A stretch of 64,000 nt of DNA, from positions 1,322,446 through 1,386,445 of the forward strand of contig NW_003314265.1 in NCBI RefSeq assembly GCF_000143415.4. Reading direction: 5' to 3'. A model generated the notes under the pieces. The model made no database searches, was not told where the DNA came from, and worked only from the letters and a program-made list of their open reading frames with translations. Shown in pieces: positions 36,470 to 48,839 of the stretch. Each line of letters starts with the position of its first letter. Within the stretch, counting starts at the first letter, position 1. Origin of the DNA: Selaginella moellendorffii (lineage: Eukaryota; Plantae; Lycopodiophyta). A program made the translations under genes and the position numbers.

Positions 36470-36645
36470 TCAAAGTCTATATAGGAAACCGGGGAGCCAA
36501 TCAGGAGGCAGCGCTCCCCTCGACTAGGATCGAGCCCTGCCGCCGTCGGATCCAGGCGAAATCCGACGGCCCAGATCCGGATCCGGGGCCTCGTACGGAG
36601 CGGGGAGTTAAGGCCCTGCCGTACGAGAGCCCTAATTCCCGCGAC
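36470..36645 (-). promoter_or_regulatory. Putative H2A proximal promoter
   Basis: TATATA (~36478), CCAATCA (~36497), several GGATC/CCGTC motifs, E2F-like ATTCCCGC (36635-36642). Confidence 0.45.
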
Positions 36646-37092
36646 ACAAGGGGGCAAAGGAGCGCAATTTAAAGAAATTTGTTTGCTCAGCTCGCAGCTT
36701 GACACGACAGGGACATCAGATGATTGATTGACGACGCTTTTGATGGAGGGCGCACAATTGGATACATTATTGTTGGCCATAAACCATGCCCTGGGCCCGA
36801 AAGGATCTATCGTGTGTTTGTGTATGTTTCGTGAATAGTTTTCGAACAGGATCAAGTGGGTGTTCTCTTCTCTCTCCTCGTCAGCGGCATCCGACGGCCC
36901 CGGGCGCGCCACGTGCCCGTCAACGCGTATTAGCTGTGGGCGGGCTGCGCGAGGACACTCCCTTGGACGTTGCTCTCGCGGATGGCTCTTCTCTTCCCCC
37001 AGGGGATTCTCTCCTGTCATCATTCTCGAGGGGATTTTAGAGCGTTCGTGTAGAATTTCTGCCCCGCGCAAAGTTTTCCAGCTTCGTGCGTG

Positions 37093-38852
37093 ATGGTTGA
37101 GCAGGATCATCGCCATCTCCAGTCCCAGCGATTCCAAGACGAGGGCTCATTTCGCGTCTCGCGATCTCGCTTCGTCGCGCCGCAGGAGATGAAACCGCAG
37201 TACCGGATGGCCGCGCAGCCTGATCCTCCTCACTACAGCAACTTTCAATTCCAGCAGTTCCACCAGAGCTGTTCACCGCCAGGTACGCACAATTGATCCA
37301 TCCATCCCTCCCGGAAGAATCCCCGGCTTTGCTCGAGCATGGAGGAAGTAAGCTTCTCTCCTCTCCACAGGCAGGCCGAGCCTGGATCAGAGAATCCCCC
37401 TCGATGACAGTGAAGCGCCCGATCAGCACTTCCCCGGGCTGCTCCAGGACGACGAATCCATATGGAATGAGATCGTGGGAGCCCCAGGACACACCGATCA
37501 GTCGAGCTATCACCAGGTAAATCACGCCACACCTTTGCAGCCCTTTCTCAAAGTCCACGTATGATAAGTTTATATATCAGACGGCCGCGTATCAATCCAG
37601 GAACTTCGATTTCCATGGCATGGTGCCGGCCGCGCAGAGCTCGCGAATCTCGCAAATCTCGCAGCAGCAGCAGCAGCCGTGCTCGATCATCTCGCCGGTT
37701 CCAAAGCCGCGAATGCGATGGACACCGGAGCTACACGAGCGATTCGTACGAGCAGTGGAAGAGCTGGGTGGTGCCGAAAGTAAGCTCCTCTCCCCAATTG
37801 TTTTCTCTTTGGTGCTGGGCGAGAATCTTACGACTGTCAATCGTTTTCGACATGACCCCGCACAGATGCCACACCAAAGTGTATTCTAAGGGTCATGAAT
37901 ACGTACTCGAGCGTGGACGGGGTCAACATTCTTCACGTAAAGAGTCATCTCCAGGTCAGCTTTTCTCTGTTTTTTCTGTTTTTTTTCTGTTTTTGTTTGT
38001 TTGGTTTTTGTTTTTTGGTTTTATTGAGGTTTCCTATTTTTGATTTTATTGTGAGAGAACTTTCGGATTGGCTTCTATTTATACTTTTTAATTTAAAATA
38101 TTTTTTACAGAAGTACAGGCTAGTCAAAGATCTTCCACCCAGCCCCGTTGGTACGAATAATCAACTGTTTCTGTTTTTTTTTTTTTTTTTTTTTTTTTTG
38201 CTTTTGGATGGTCCAATATTTTGTGCGTTTTTGGCCCACAGCAAAACAGCAGCAATCTAAGCAATGTTCGCTGGAGCTCCCATCATTGAACGTAGAAACG
38301 TACGTTATACGTAGACGTGAGATTACTTGACTAGGAAAACTCTTTGAAAACTCTTTTCACTTTTTTTTTTAATTTTAACTTGTTTCTCTCTTTCTCAGTG
38401 GGCTGCAGATCACCGAGACACTGCGCTTGCAACTCGAAGTCCAAAAGCAACTCCATGAACAGCTCGAGGTTCTCTGCACAAATTTCTCGAACTATACATT
38501 TGATGGTCTAATCCAATTGCTTGTAAAACCTTGGCAGATTCAAAGAGATTTGCAGAAGAAGATCGAGGACCACGGAAGATATCTCGAGAGAATGTACAAT
38601 AAGACGGAGGAGGCGACACGATCGTGTCACAAGAATTCGGACGAGCCCTCGCCCGGTCCTCAAGAACAAGAACAGCGCAAACACCGTCAAACTTGCGACG
38701 ATCAGATCCACCAAGCCTCGGGTACCACGACGAGCACAGCCGATTCGTTCCAGCCGCCACTCAAGAAATTAAAACCATCGCAAGAACAGGAGGAGCTCCA
38801 ACCCGTGGGAGACGAGGATGTCGATTTTTCCGAACTCTGGAAGTTCACATGA
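37093..38852 (+). CDS. MYB-CC (PHR1-like, GARP) transcription factor
   Basis: KPRMRWTPELHERFVRAVEELGG, ATPK, HVKSHLQ|KYR, LQLEVQKQLHEQLE|IQRDLQKKIEDHGRYL; start codon approximate. Confidence 0.9.
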
Positions 38853-38865
38853 AGGAAAAATATTT

Positions 38866-38946
38866 TGTCAGGAATGGGATTCGAACCCATGCCCTTGCGG
38901 ACTAGTACCTGAAACTAGCGCCTTAGACCAACTCGGCCATCCTGAC
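38866..38946 (-). tRNA. trnL-CAG: tRNA-Leu(CAG)
   Basis: GTCAGGATGGCCGAGTTGGTCTAAGGCGCTAGTTTCAGGTACTAGTCCGCAAGGGCATGGGTTCGAATCCCATTCCTGACA; long variable arm; T5 terminator downstream. Confidence 0.95.
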
Positions 38947-39057
38947 TTTACGTGTAAATACCACCATGGTGTAAGTATTTGACTGGAAATACTTTTACTT
39001 TTTAAAGCATGTGTTATGGTTTAAAGTATAGTATGGTTCTCCATTAGGGTTTATGGA

Positions 39058-40846
39058 ATGGCGGCTCTGGCTCCCTCGTCCGGTAGCATTGCTGTAGCTC
39101 CGATCTCGGGGGATCGATCTAGGGCGGCGCACATGGCTGTGAGGATCCCGATCTCGAGAGCGAGTAGAGTGGCGGCGATGGCTTGCTCCTCGTCCGGGAA
39201 TGTAGCGGCAATCGCCAGCGAGCAGGCGCATTCTAGCGCTCCAGCGATCCGGCAGAATCTCAACAAGGTGGTTCTAGCGTACAGTGGGGGCTTGGACACG
39301 TCCGTGATCGTGCCGTGGCTCAGGTAATTTGGATCTCATGCAGCGATTTCTTCTTTGGATTGAGAGTTTTGGCTTTGTTTTTCTGGACCAGGGAGAACTA
39401 TGGCTGCGACGTTGTGTGTTTCACAGCTGATGTTGGGCAAGTAAGTCGATCTCGTGTTTTTTGTTCTGCCGATTCTTAGCATTTCTTTTTTTCTTCCTTG
39501 CCATCTCTGTTCTGTGATTTCCAGGGCCTGGGCGAGCTCGAAGGGTTGGAAGCTAAAGCGAAGGCAAGCGGTGCAAGCCAGCTGATCATCAAGGACTTGA
39601 AAGAAGAGTTTGTGAAAGACTTTATCTTCCCTTGCTTGCGAGCTGGTGCCGTGTACGAGAGGAAGTATCTGCTTGGAACTTCGATGGCTCGCCCTGTAAT
39701 TGCAAAGGCAAGTTTGTGAAAGTGAGGAACTGCTGTATGGTCATTGAGCTTGTGCTGGTTTTTGTGCAGGCCATGGTTGATGCTGCAAAGGAAGTTGGAG
39801 CTGATGCCGTTTCTCACGGTTGCACAGGGAAAGGGAACGATCAGGTAACAAAGTTTCGTGTTTTTTTCCTTCTCTCCGTATACATGAGAAGTGGTTTCCT
39901 CGTGTTTCTGTAGGTGAGATTCGAGCTAACGTTCTTCGCATTGAACCCGAAGCTAGCTGTTGTTGCGCCATGGAGAGAATGGGACATAAAAGGCCGCGAA
40001 GACGCCATAGAATATGCAAAGAAGCACAACGTACCCGTGCCCGTGACGAAGAAATCTATCTACAGCCGAGACCGCAATCTCTGGCACATTAGTCATGAGG
40101 TATCGCAAATCTCCTTTTTTTTTCGTGACTTAACGACGAGCGACCTCTTTTCCAGGGAGACATTCTCGAGGACCCTGCGAACGAACCCAAGGAGGACATG
40201 TTTGTCATGACTACAAATCCGGAGAAAGCTCCTGATACGCCAGAGTAAGCTCTTCCTCAGTCTCTTTCACTGAAAGAAAACTCTTCGTTCCAGGTACCTG
40301 GAGATCAGTTTCGAGAGAGGCCTTCCAGTCTCAGTGAACGGCAAAGCTCTGTCCCCCGCCAAACTCCTGGAAGCGCTCAACGATGCCGGAGCCAGGCACG
40401 GCATCGGGAGAGTGGACATGGTGGAGAACAGGCTCGTCGGCATGAAGAGCCGCGGAGTGTACGAGACACCCGGTGGAACCATCCTGAGCCTAGCAGCGCG
40501 GGAGCTGGAGTCGCTCACGCTGGATCGCGAGACGATGCAGATGAAAGACACGATGGCGCTCAAGTACGCGGAGCTGGTGTACGCAGGGCGATGGTTTGAT
40601 CCTCTCCGGGAGTCGCTGGACGCCTTCATGGAGAAGGTGACGGAGACGACGAGCGGCAGTGTCAAGCTCAAGCTGTTCAAGGGGTCGGCGGTGGTGGCCA
40701 GCCGGACCAGCCCGTTCAGCCTCTACAGGCAGGACATATCTTCGTTCGAGGAGGGCAGTGGGATCTACAACCAGGGTGACGCTGCCGGATTCATCCGCTT
40801 GTATGGCCTTCCCACTCGCGTCCGAGCAATGCTTCTGGAGAAATGA
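39058..40846 (+). CDS. ASS1: Argininosuccinate synthase, plastid-targeted
   Basis: Transit peptide; [34 protein letters not shown]|[42 protein letters not shown]. Confidence 0.96.
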
Positions 40847-40935
40847 GAGAAAGAACAGGTATGGAAATTCTTCGTTGTTTTGATATTGTTCTTGGGTGTT
40901 CTAAGTTTGAGGAATCAAATGCTTTGATTTACAAG

Positions 40936-41757
40936 CTAGATCTCTTTCTCCAATCTAAGTTGTGCTTCTCTATCATCTCTCAAACGCAGCAACGTCGCGA
41001 TTCTTCCACGCGATGGATCCATTTGGTGGAAGATGACGCAGCACAAATCTTTCATATGCCTCCACGAATTCCATGGAGTCTGTCGACGTCGCAGGTTCAC
41101 GTCCTTCCCCTTGCCTCCACCGCTGAGAACACCAACAAAGCATCCTGGAAGATTTGCAGGAACGATCGGACCTCCGCTGCTACCATCCAGAACCGAGGCA
41201 CTGATCTCCAGCCTCGATCCGGCCGAGCTCTCCAAACACCCCGGCGAGCACAGGAGCTCTCCGGTTCTAAAGTCCGCGAACGTTTCCTTGAGCCGATCAA
41301 AGAGCTCCTCCTTGGTGGCGATGTCCATCTTCTTCGTCGCCACCTCGCGGTAGCGCTCCCACACGCCGTGCTCCGCGGTGCCAAGCACCAGCTCCTCGCT
41401 CGCCATGCTCAAGAGCTCCACCATGGAAGGATACGAGAACGCCGCCACGAAAGGGGAACTTCGCCGCGACAGGCGAGAGGCGCGGGAGAGCAAGGCAGGA
41501 AGAAGGATCCATCACTCTCGGCGCTGGCGGCCTCGAAGCACGAGAAACCCTCGCTCGCCACCAAAGCCCGAGCCGCGCAATCGAATCCAGCGCCGCGGAA
41601 GGAGTTTGGAGTGACGAAAGCGCCAAGACAACCAAGAACACTACCATGATCGGCTGATACATAGCTGGCCGAGAGCGCGATCTGGATGTGATCGCCCTCC
41701 ATCGATCGAAAGGGCGGCGCGATATCTATCCCCAGAGTGGGATCTCTCGCGAATGGA
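40936..41757 (-). pseudogene. Intronless trypsin-like (PA clan) protease-like fragment, copy 1, frameshifted
   Basis: IALSASYV...GFSCF...SASVLDGSSGGPIV...FVGVLSGG spread over several frames. Confidence 0.55.
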
Positions 41758-41865
41758 TTCCAACTTAAACCCCTGAATACATGTTCAAGTAATATAAGCT
41801 AGAGCAAAAGATAAATTTCACATGTACTTGTTGAGTTTTATTTCTTGAACGATCCCTTATTACAA

Positions 41866-43634
41866 CTAAAACGATGGCAGTGCCTTGCCTTCGATAAAGT
41901 GTTGGAACAAGGCAAGTGACTCGCCAGGTTTGTCAAATGGAGGCTGATGTCCAGCACCTCTTACTGTCGCAAATGTCATTTCTGAGTACACTTCTGTCCA
42001 TCCACCAACCTGCAGTTTAAAAGAGTTGTCTAATATACTCCTGGCACTCAACAAAATTTAGTTGACGCTTACCTGATTTGTGTAGTTCCACCCATACCAT
42101 GGAGTAACAACAGTGAGATTGAGTGCTTTGATCCAGCTCCTGGTTGAAAGCGTTGAAACGACAACATCCGAATCCCCGCTGTGTTTTACACGTGTTATAA
42201 GCTATAAGCACTTCAGATTGTTGTATTGTAACTCACAGACCTGTAAATCCAGATTCTCAAGCCACTCTTGAACAAATGTTGGTATAGGGGGAGCATTGAA
42301 CGCTCTCTATCTAGTGTCGAGTAGTTCCTGTCAATATCCGGGCTGCAAAAAACAATTTCAAAATCAAAGCTTTCAATATCCAGTTTTGCACTAAACGCTT
42401 ACTTGCAGAGCTGCCACCGAACTGGTCTCGTCTCGACGTGCAAGGCGGCTTGAACATCCTGGCGGTTGAGATAAGGTGTCACAGAATCAAGGCAAGCCTC
42501 GTCATCTGGTCCTGAAAGTAAGTTGCATGCTGGTGCATAGATGTTGTAACGACTAATGTAGGCAATCAGGTTCAGGATCTGGGAGGTAGCATTTCTACAT
42601 CTCGCTATTGATTCGTCATCATTCCTCCTGCAGTAGGTCTTCTCTTCTTGGTAAAGCTCCTCAGAAATGATTGAATGCGAGTACAAGTTCTCAATGTCAC
42701 CAGGACCGTCATAGTCGACGTCCGTGGCAGGATTACCAATCTGAATGTATGAAAATTAGCTTCTTTCAATGTAGTGTAGTGTAAGAGTGAACGTACAGCA
42801 AACCCCTTCAGGTTGATACGATTTCCATTTTGCTCATTATGTGAAATGATTTGCGATGCCAACGTTGGTATGTAATGTCCTTCAGGGAATCAAGTGTTAC
42901 GTACTGTGCAAACCTCAAGTATGCATACCTGCAAAGCTTTCTCCAGCAATGAAGAAGTCATTCTGTTTATACTCAGGGAACTTTGTGAGAAATTCGAGCA
43001 GAAACAGCAAAGTATCGCTGGCTGCATCCCAAACACGTTTTATGAGAAGTTGAGAACCACAAGCAAGTGGTATAGTACCTGTTTGATTGTCTGTGTAATT
43101 TCCCCCATCAGAAAGCAAGTTTGTATATGAGAAACCGGTATTATAAGGGGTCTCCAAACAGATGATATTCACAGCTGCACATGAAATCGGATCGAGCAGA
43201 TGAAACTCCTAGGATCTAGGAGAAAGAAAAAACCTTTATTCCAAGAGTATGGATTGCGAACGAGCCCAGTGCCTGAGTCATTTGTGCTGAATGGACCAGT
43301 CCCTCCAAGAGCTCCAGAGCGAATGGATGAACATCCCGGTCCTGCAGAAACGTACAAATATTACAAATGCTGCGTATCATTTTGCAAGGATCAAAGAAGC
43401 ACCTCCAGTGAGCCATAATACCAACGGCAAGGAAGACGCATTTGGGTGATCTGCTTCGAAGAACCAGTAGAACAGTGCACGTCCAGCTGTGGCGTTTATC
43501 TCAATTTGACCTGCGTACTGCTTAAATCCAACTTCTGGTTGCCCAGGAAGCCCTTGCACAAGGTGCGAAGGGTCTGCAGCCAATGCCAATGCAACCTGGA
43601 GGAGCACAAGAAGAAGATGAATCCATGTCCTCAT
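41866..43634 (-). CDS. Serine carboxypeptidase-like (S10), copy A1
   Basis: [26 protein letters not shown]|[36 protein letters not shown]. Confidence 0.9.
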
Positions 43635-44602
43635 AGCTCTCACGAGTGGATGAAGCTTCCCTCTTCATTGTCACGTTTGCGCAATCCTTATAGTCAACAA
43701 ACCGTGTTGGATCAAACTCTTCTTGCCGTCTGGTCTGGAGCCGGGTCTGGAGCTGAATTCAAAACATCTTTCAAATTTGGAGACTTCCGCAACTCGTGAA
43801 AGGTTCACTTCTGAGTCTGTGGAATCCAACGCTTAGCTACAAACTTCAAGGTTACTTACACAGTAAATTAAGTTTGGGGACCTGTTCTTCTGACGTGCTT
43901 TCATCCTCGAAGAAATGCCTTGTTCATGCTGACAAGGAATCCCCATCTTGACAAGCGATGTACTCTGAGCTGAGTGCATTCCGCTAACGATATTCTCACC
44001 AATTCTGCATCCTTGCCCGGGGCTGTGGCAAACAATGTGGACAGAAACAATTCAGAAAACCTACTCGCTTAGAGCAAATGGACGCTCTTACGGCTGGAAG
44101 CTGCCAGATGAAGGCGCCGGCTGTGTCAAAACTGCGAAGAGTACTATCCGATGATTGAGAGAAACGAAGGCGCTAGGGTAACATTATGCAATAAGCAAAT
44201 AAGCAAGGCTGCAAGAGCAATTACAAGTACACATCAACACTCTAAAATAATTTTAAAAGCACGAGTGCATGCACTCAAAGATCTTGAAGTCACAGATCTT
44301 CATATATGCAGATCAATACATTGCACATGTCATACACACAGTTATCAATCATCATAGCCTGAAAATCAGTATAAACAAAGCCAATTATATATAGTTGCGA
44401 ATTCTCTAGAAGATCATTATTAGAAGGCCTCAGCTTCCCGCCATCCCAATGCGAGTCCACCAGCAGACGCCAAGAGCCAGCACCTCATTGTGCTTAATCT
44501 GGACAGGTACATGTTTAAGTAGCATAAGCTACAACAAGAGATAAAATTTCAAATGTACTAAACAAATGTTGAGTTTTATTTCTTGACAATCCCTTGTTAC
44601 AG

Positions 44603-44687
44603 CTAAAACGACGGCAGTGCCTTGCTTTCGATAAAGTGTTGGAACAAGGTAAGTGCCTGGCCAGGTTTGTCAACTGGAGGCTGATGT
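44603..44687 (-). pseudogene. 3' tip of SCPL copy B at the duplication junction
   Basis: HQPPVDKPGQALTLFQHFIESKALPSF*, matching 51907-51991, then abruptly joined to the MYB-CC intron. Confidence 0.85.
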
Positions 44688-45650
44688 TTTCGACATGACC
44701 CCGCACAGATGCCACACCAAAGTGTATTCTAAGGGTCATGAATACGTACTCGAGCGTGGACGGGGTCAACATTCTTCACGTAAAGAGTCATCTCCAGGTC
44801 AGCTTTTCTCTGTTTTTTCTGTTATTTTTTGTTTTTTTTTTTGTTTGGTTTTTGTTTTTTGGTTTTATTGGTCGGATTGGCTTCTATTTATACTTTTTAA
44901 TTTAAAATATTTTTTACAGAAGTACAGGCTAGTCAAAGATCTTCCACCCAGCCCCGTTGGTACGAATGATCAACTGTTTTTTTCTTTCTTCTGTTTTTTT
45001 TTTTTTTGCTTTTGGATGGTCCAATATTTTGTGCGTTTTTGGCCCACAGCAAAACAGCAGCAATCTAAGCAATGTTCGCTGGAGCTCCCATCATTGAACG
45101 TAGAAACGTACGTTATACGTAGTACTTGACTAGGAAAACTCTTTGAAAACTCTTTTCACCTTTTATTTATTTTAACTTGTTTCTCTCTTTCTCAGTGGGC
45201 TGCAGATCACCGAGACACTGCGCTTGCAGCTCGAAGTCCAAAAGCAACTCCACGAACAGCTCGAGGTTCTCTGCACAAATTTCTCGAACTATACATTTGA
45301 TGGTCTAATCGAATTGTGCTCGTAAACCTTGGCAGATTCAAAGAGATTTGCAGAAGAAGATCGAGGACCACGGAAGATATCTCGAGAGAATGTACAGCAA
45401 GACGGAGGAGGCGACGCGATCGTGTCACAAGAATTCGGACGAGCCCTCGCCCGGTCCTCAAGAACAAGAACAGCGCAAACACCATCAAACTTGCGACGAT
45501 CAGATCCACCAAGCCTCGGGTACCACGACGAGCACGGCCGATTCGTTCCAGCCGCCACTCAAGAAATTAAAACCATCGCAAGAACAGGAGGAGCTCCAAC
45601 CCGTGGGAGACGAGGACGTCGATTTTTCCGAACTCTGGAAGTTCACATGA
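44686..45650 (+). pseudogene. 5'-truncated MYB-CC copy
   Basis: Starts inside the intron upstream of the ATPK exon; keeps SHLQKYR and the coiled coil but lacks the WTPELH helix and promoter. Confidence 0.88.
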
Positions 45651-45663
45651 AGAAAAAATATTT

Positions 45664-45744
45664 TGTCAGGAATGGGAATCGAACCCATGCCCTTGCGGAC
45701 TAGTACCTGAAACTAGCGCCTTAGACCAACTCGGCCATCCTGAC
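45664..45744 (-). tRNA. trnL-CAG: tRNA-Leu(CAG), duplicate copy
   Basis: Identical to 38866-38946 except T-loop TTCGATT versus TTCGAAT. Confidence 0.93.
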
Positions 45745-45841
45745 TTTACGTGTAAATACCACCATGGTGTCAGTATTTCACTGGAAATACTTTTACTTTT
45801 TGGTTTAAAGTATAGTATGATTCTCCATTAGGGTTTATGGA

Positions 45842-47613
45842 ATGGCGGCTCTGGCTCCCTCGTCCGGCAGCATTGCTGTAGCTCCGCGATCTAGGGCGGC
45901 GCACTTCGCTGTGAGGATCCCGATCTCGAGAGCGAGTAGAGTGGCGGCGATGGCTTGCTCCTCGTCCGGGAATGTAGCAGCAATCGCCAGCGAGCAGGCG
46001 CATTCTAGCGCTCAGCGATCAGTGGCAGAAGCTCAACAAGGTGGTTCTAGCGTACAGTGGGGGCTTGGACACGTCCGTGATCGTGCCGTGGCTCAGGTAA
46101 TTTGGATCTCATGCAGCGATTTCTTCTTTGGATTGAGAGTTTTGGCTTTGTTTTACTGGATCAGGGAGAACTATGGCTGCGTGTGTTTCACAGCTGATGT
46201 TGGGCAAGTAAGTCGATCTCGTGTTTTTTGTTCTGCCGATTCTTAGCATTTCTTTTTTTCTTCCTTGCCACTCTGTTCTGTGATTTCCAGGGCCTGGGCG
46301 AGCTCGAATGGTTGGAAGCTAAAGCGAAGGCAAGCGGTGCAAGCCAGCTGATCATCAAGGACTTGAAAGAAGAGTTTGTGAAAGACTTTATCTTCCCTTG
46401 CTTGCGAGCTGGTGCCGTGTACGAGAGGAAGTATCTGCTTGGAACTTCGATGGCTCGCCCTGTAATTGCAAAGGCAAGTTTGTGAAAGTGAGGAACTGCT
46501 GTATGGTCATTGAGCTTGTGCTGGTTTTTGTGCAGGCCATGGTTGATGCTGCAAAGGAAGTTGGAGCTGATGCCGTTTCTCACGGTTGCACAGGGAAAGG
46601 GAACGATCAGGTAACAAAGTTTCGTGCTTTTTTTCTCCTCTCTTCGTATACATGAGAAGTGGTTTCCTCGTGTTTCTGTAGGTGAGATTCGAGCTAACGT
46701 TCTTCGCATTGAACCCGAAGCTAGCTGTTGTTGCGCCCTGGAGAGAATGGGACATAAAAGGCCGCGAAGACGCCATAGAGTATGCAAAGAAGCACAACGT
46801 ACCCGTGCCCGTGACGAAGAAATCTATCTACAGCCGAGACCGCAATCTCTGGCACATTAGACATGAGGTATCGCAAATCTCCTTTTTGTTTCGTGACTTA
46901 ACGACGAGCGACCTCTTTTCCAGGGAGACATTCTCGAGGACCCCGCGAACGAACCCAAGGAGGACATGTTTGTCATGACTACAAATCCAGAGAAAGCTCC
47001 TGATACGCCAGAGTAAGCTCTCCCTCAGTCTCTTTCACTGAAAGAAATCTCTTCGTTCCAGGTACCTGGAGATCAGTTTCGAGAGAGGCCTTCCAGTCTC
47101 GGTGAACGGCAAGGCTCTGTCCCCCGCCAAACTCCTGGAAGCGCTCAACGATGCCGGAGCCAGGCACGGCATCGGGAGAGTGGACATGGTGGAGAACAGG
47201 CTCGTCGGTATGAAGAGCCGCGGAGTGTACGAGACGCCCGGTGGAACCATCCTGAGCCTAGCAGCGCGGGAGCTGAGTCGCTGGCGCTGGATCGCGAGAC
47301 GATGCAGATGAAAGACACGATGGCGCTCAAGTACGCGGAGCTGGTGTACGCGGGGCGATGGTTTGATCCTCTCCGGGAGTCGCTGGACGCCTTCATGGAG
47401 AAGGTGACGGAGACGACGAGCGGCAGTGTCAAGCAAAAGCTGTTCAAGGGGTCGGCGGTGGTGGCCAGCCGGACCAGCCCCTTCAGCCTCTACAGGCAGG
47501 ACATATCTTCGTTCGAGGAGGGCAGTGGGATCTACAACCAGGGTGACGCTGCCGGATTCATCCGCTTGTATGGCCTTCCCACTCGCGTCCGAGCAATGCT
47601 TCTGGAGAAATGA
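45842..47613 (+). pseudogene. ASS1: Argininosuccinate synthase pseudogene
   Basis: +1 frameshift near 46010-46025, 12-bp and 6-bp deletions, 1-bp deletion near 47275 relative to copy 1. Confidence 0.92.
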
Positions 47614-47774
47614 GAGAAAGAACAGGTATGAAAGTTCTTCGTTGTTTTGATGTTGTTCTTGTGTTTTTGATATCCGGAGTGGAAGAATCGAATGCTTTGC
47701 AATGTTTCTTGGGAACTGAAAGAAAGTTATGGAAGTTGTTTGTGTTCTAAGTTTGAGGAATCAAATGCTTTGAT

Positions 47775-48679
47775 TTACAAGCTAGAGCTCTTTTTCCGAT
47801 CTAAGTTGTGCTTCTCTATCCATCTCTCAAACGCAGCAACGTCGCGATTCTTCCACGCGATGGATCCTTTCGGTGGAAGATGAGGCAGCACAAATCTTTC
47901 ATATGCCTCCACGAATTCCATGGAGTCTGTCGACGTCGCAAGGTTCACGTCCTTCTCCTTGCTTCCACCGCTGAGAACACCAACAAAGTATCCTGGAAGA
48001 TTTGCAGGAACGATCGGACCTCCGCTGCTACCATCCAGAACCGAGGCACTGATCTCCAGCCTCGATCCGGCCGAGCTCTCCAAACACCCCGGCCAGCACA
48101 GGAGCTCTCCGGTTCTAAAGTCCGCGAACGTTTCCTTGAGCCGATCAAAGAGCTCCTCCTTGGTGGCGATGTCCATCTTCTTCGTCGCCACCTCGCGGTA
48201 GCGCTCCCACACGCCGTGCTCCGCGGTGCCAAGCACCAGCTCCTCGCTCGTCATGCTCAAGAGCTCCACCATGGAAGGATACGAGAACGCCGCCACGAAA
48301 GGCCGCGAGGCGGGAACTTCGCCGGGAGAGCAAGGCAGGAAGAAGGATCCATCACTCTCGGCGCTGGCGGCCTCGAAGCACGAGAAATCCTCGCTCGCCA
48401 CCAACGCCCGAGCCGCGCAATCGAATCCAGTGCCGCGGAAGGAGTTTGGAGTGACGAAAGCGCCAAGACAACCAAGAACACTACCATGATCGGCTGATAC
48501 ATAGCTGGCCGAGAGCGCGATCTGTGATCGCCCTCCATCGATCGAAAGGGCGGCGTGACAAAGAAACCGCTAAAGAATCTCGTGAGTTGAGCGTCTAGCA
48601 CGATATCTATCCCCAGAGTGGGATCTCTCGCGAATGGGCGAGAAGGGCTGTCAGCTCCAGGCTCGTGATCGATCACCAC
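47775..48679 (-). pseudogene. Trypsin-like protease-like fragment, copy 2
   Basis: 209-aa open C-terminal part with DGSSGGPIV and FVGVLSGG; 4-bp deletion near 48523 shifts off the N-terminal FSGFFVTP part; no ATG found upstream. Confidence 0.55.
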
Positions 48680-48839
48680 CGACTTGGTAAACTATCAAAT
48701 AAAAATGAATTTGAAGCTGAACTGAAAAAGAATTTGATATTCCAACTTAAACCACATGTTCAAGTAATATAAGCTAGAGCAAAAGATAAATTTCACATGT
48801 ACTTGTTGAGTTTTATTTCTTGACAATCCCTTAATACAA

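Larger units (their letters stand above)
37843..44685. repeat. Tandem segmental duplication, unit 1
   Basis: Near-identical to 44686-51991. Confidence 0.93.

Noticed and set aside
40843-41649. 268-aa plus-strand ORF, and similar antisense ORFs over the PPR, GH17 and bHLH genes
   Set aside because: Antisense shadows of GC-rich coding sequence
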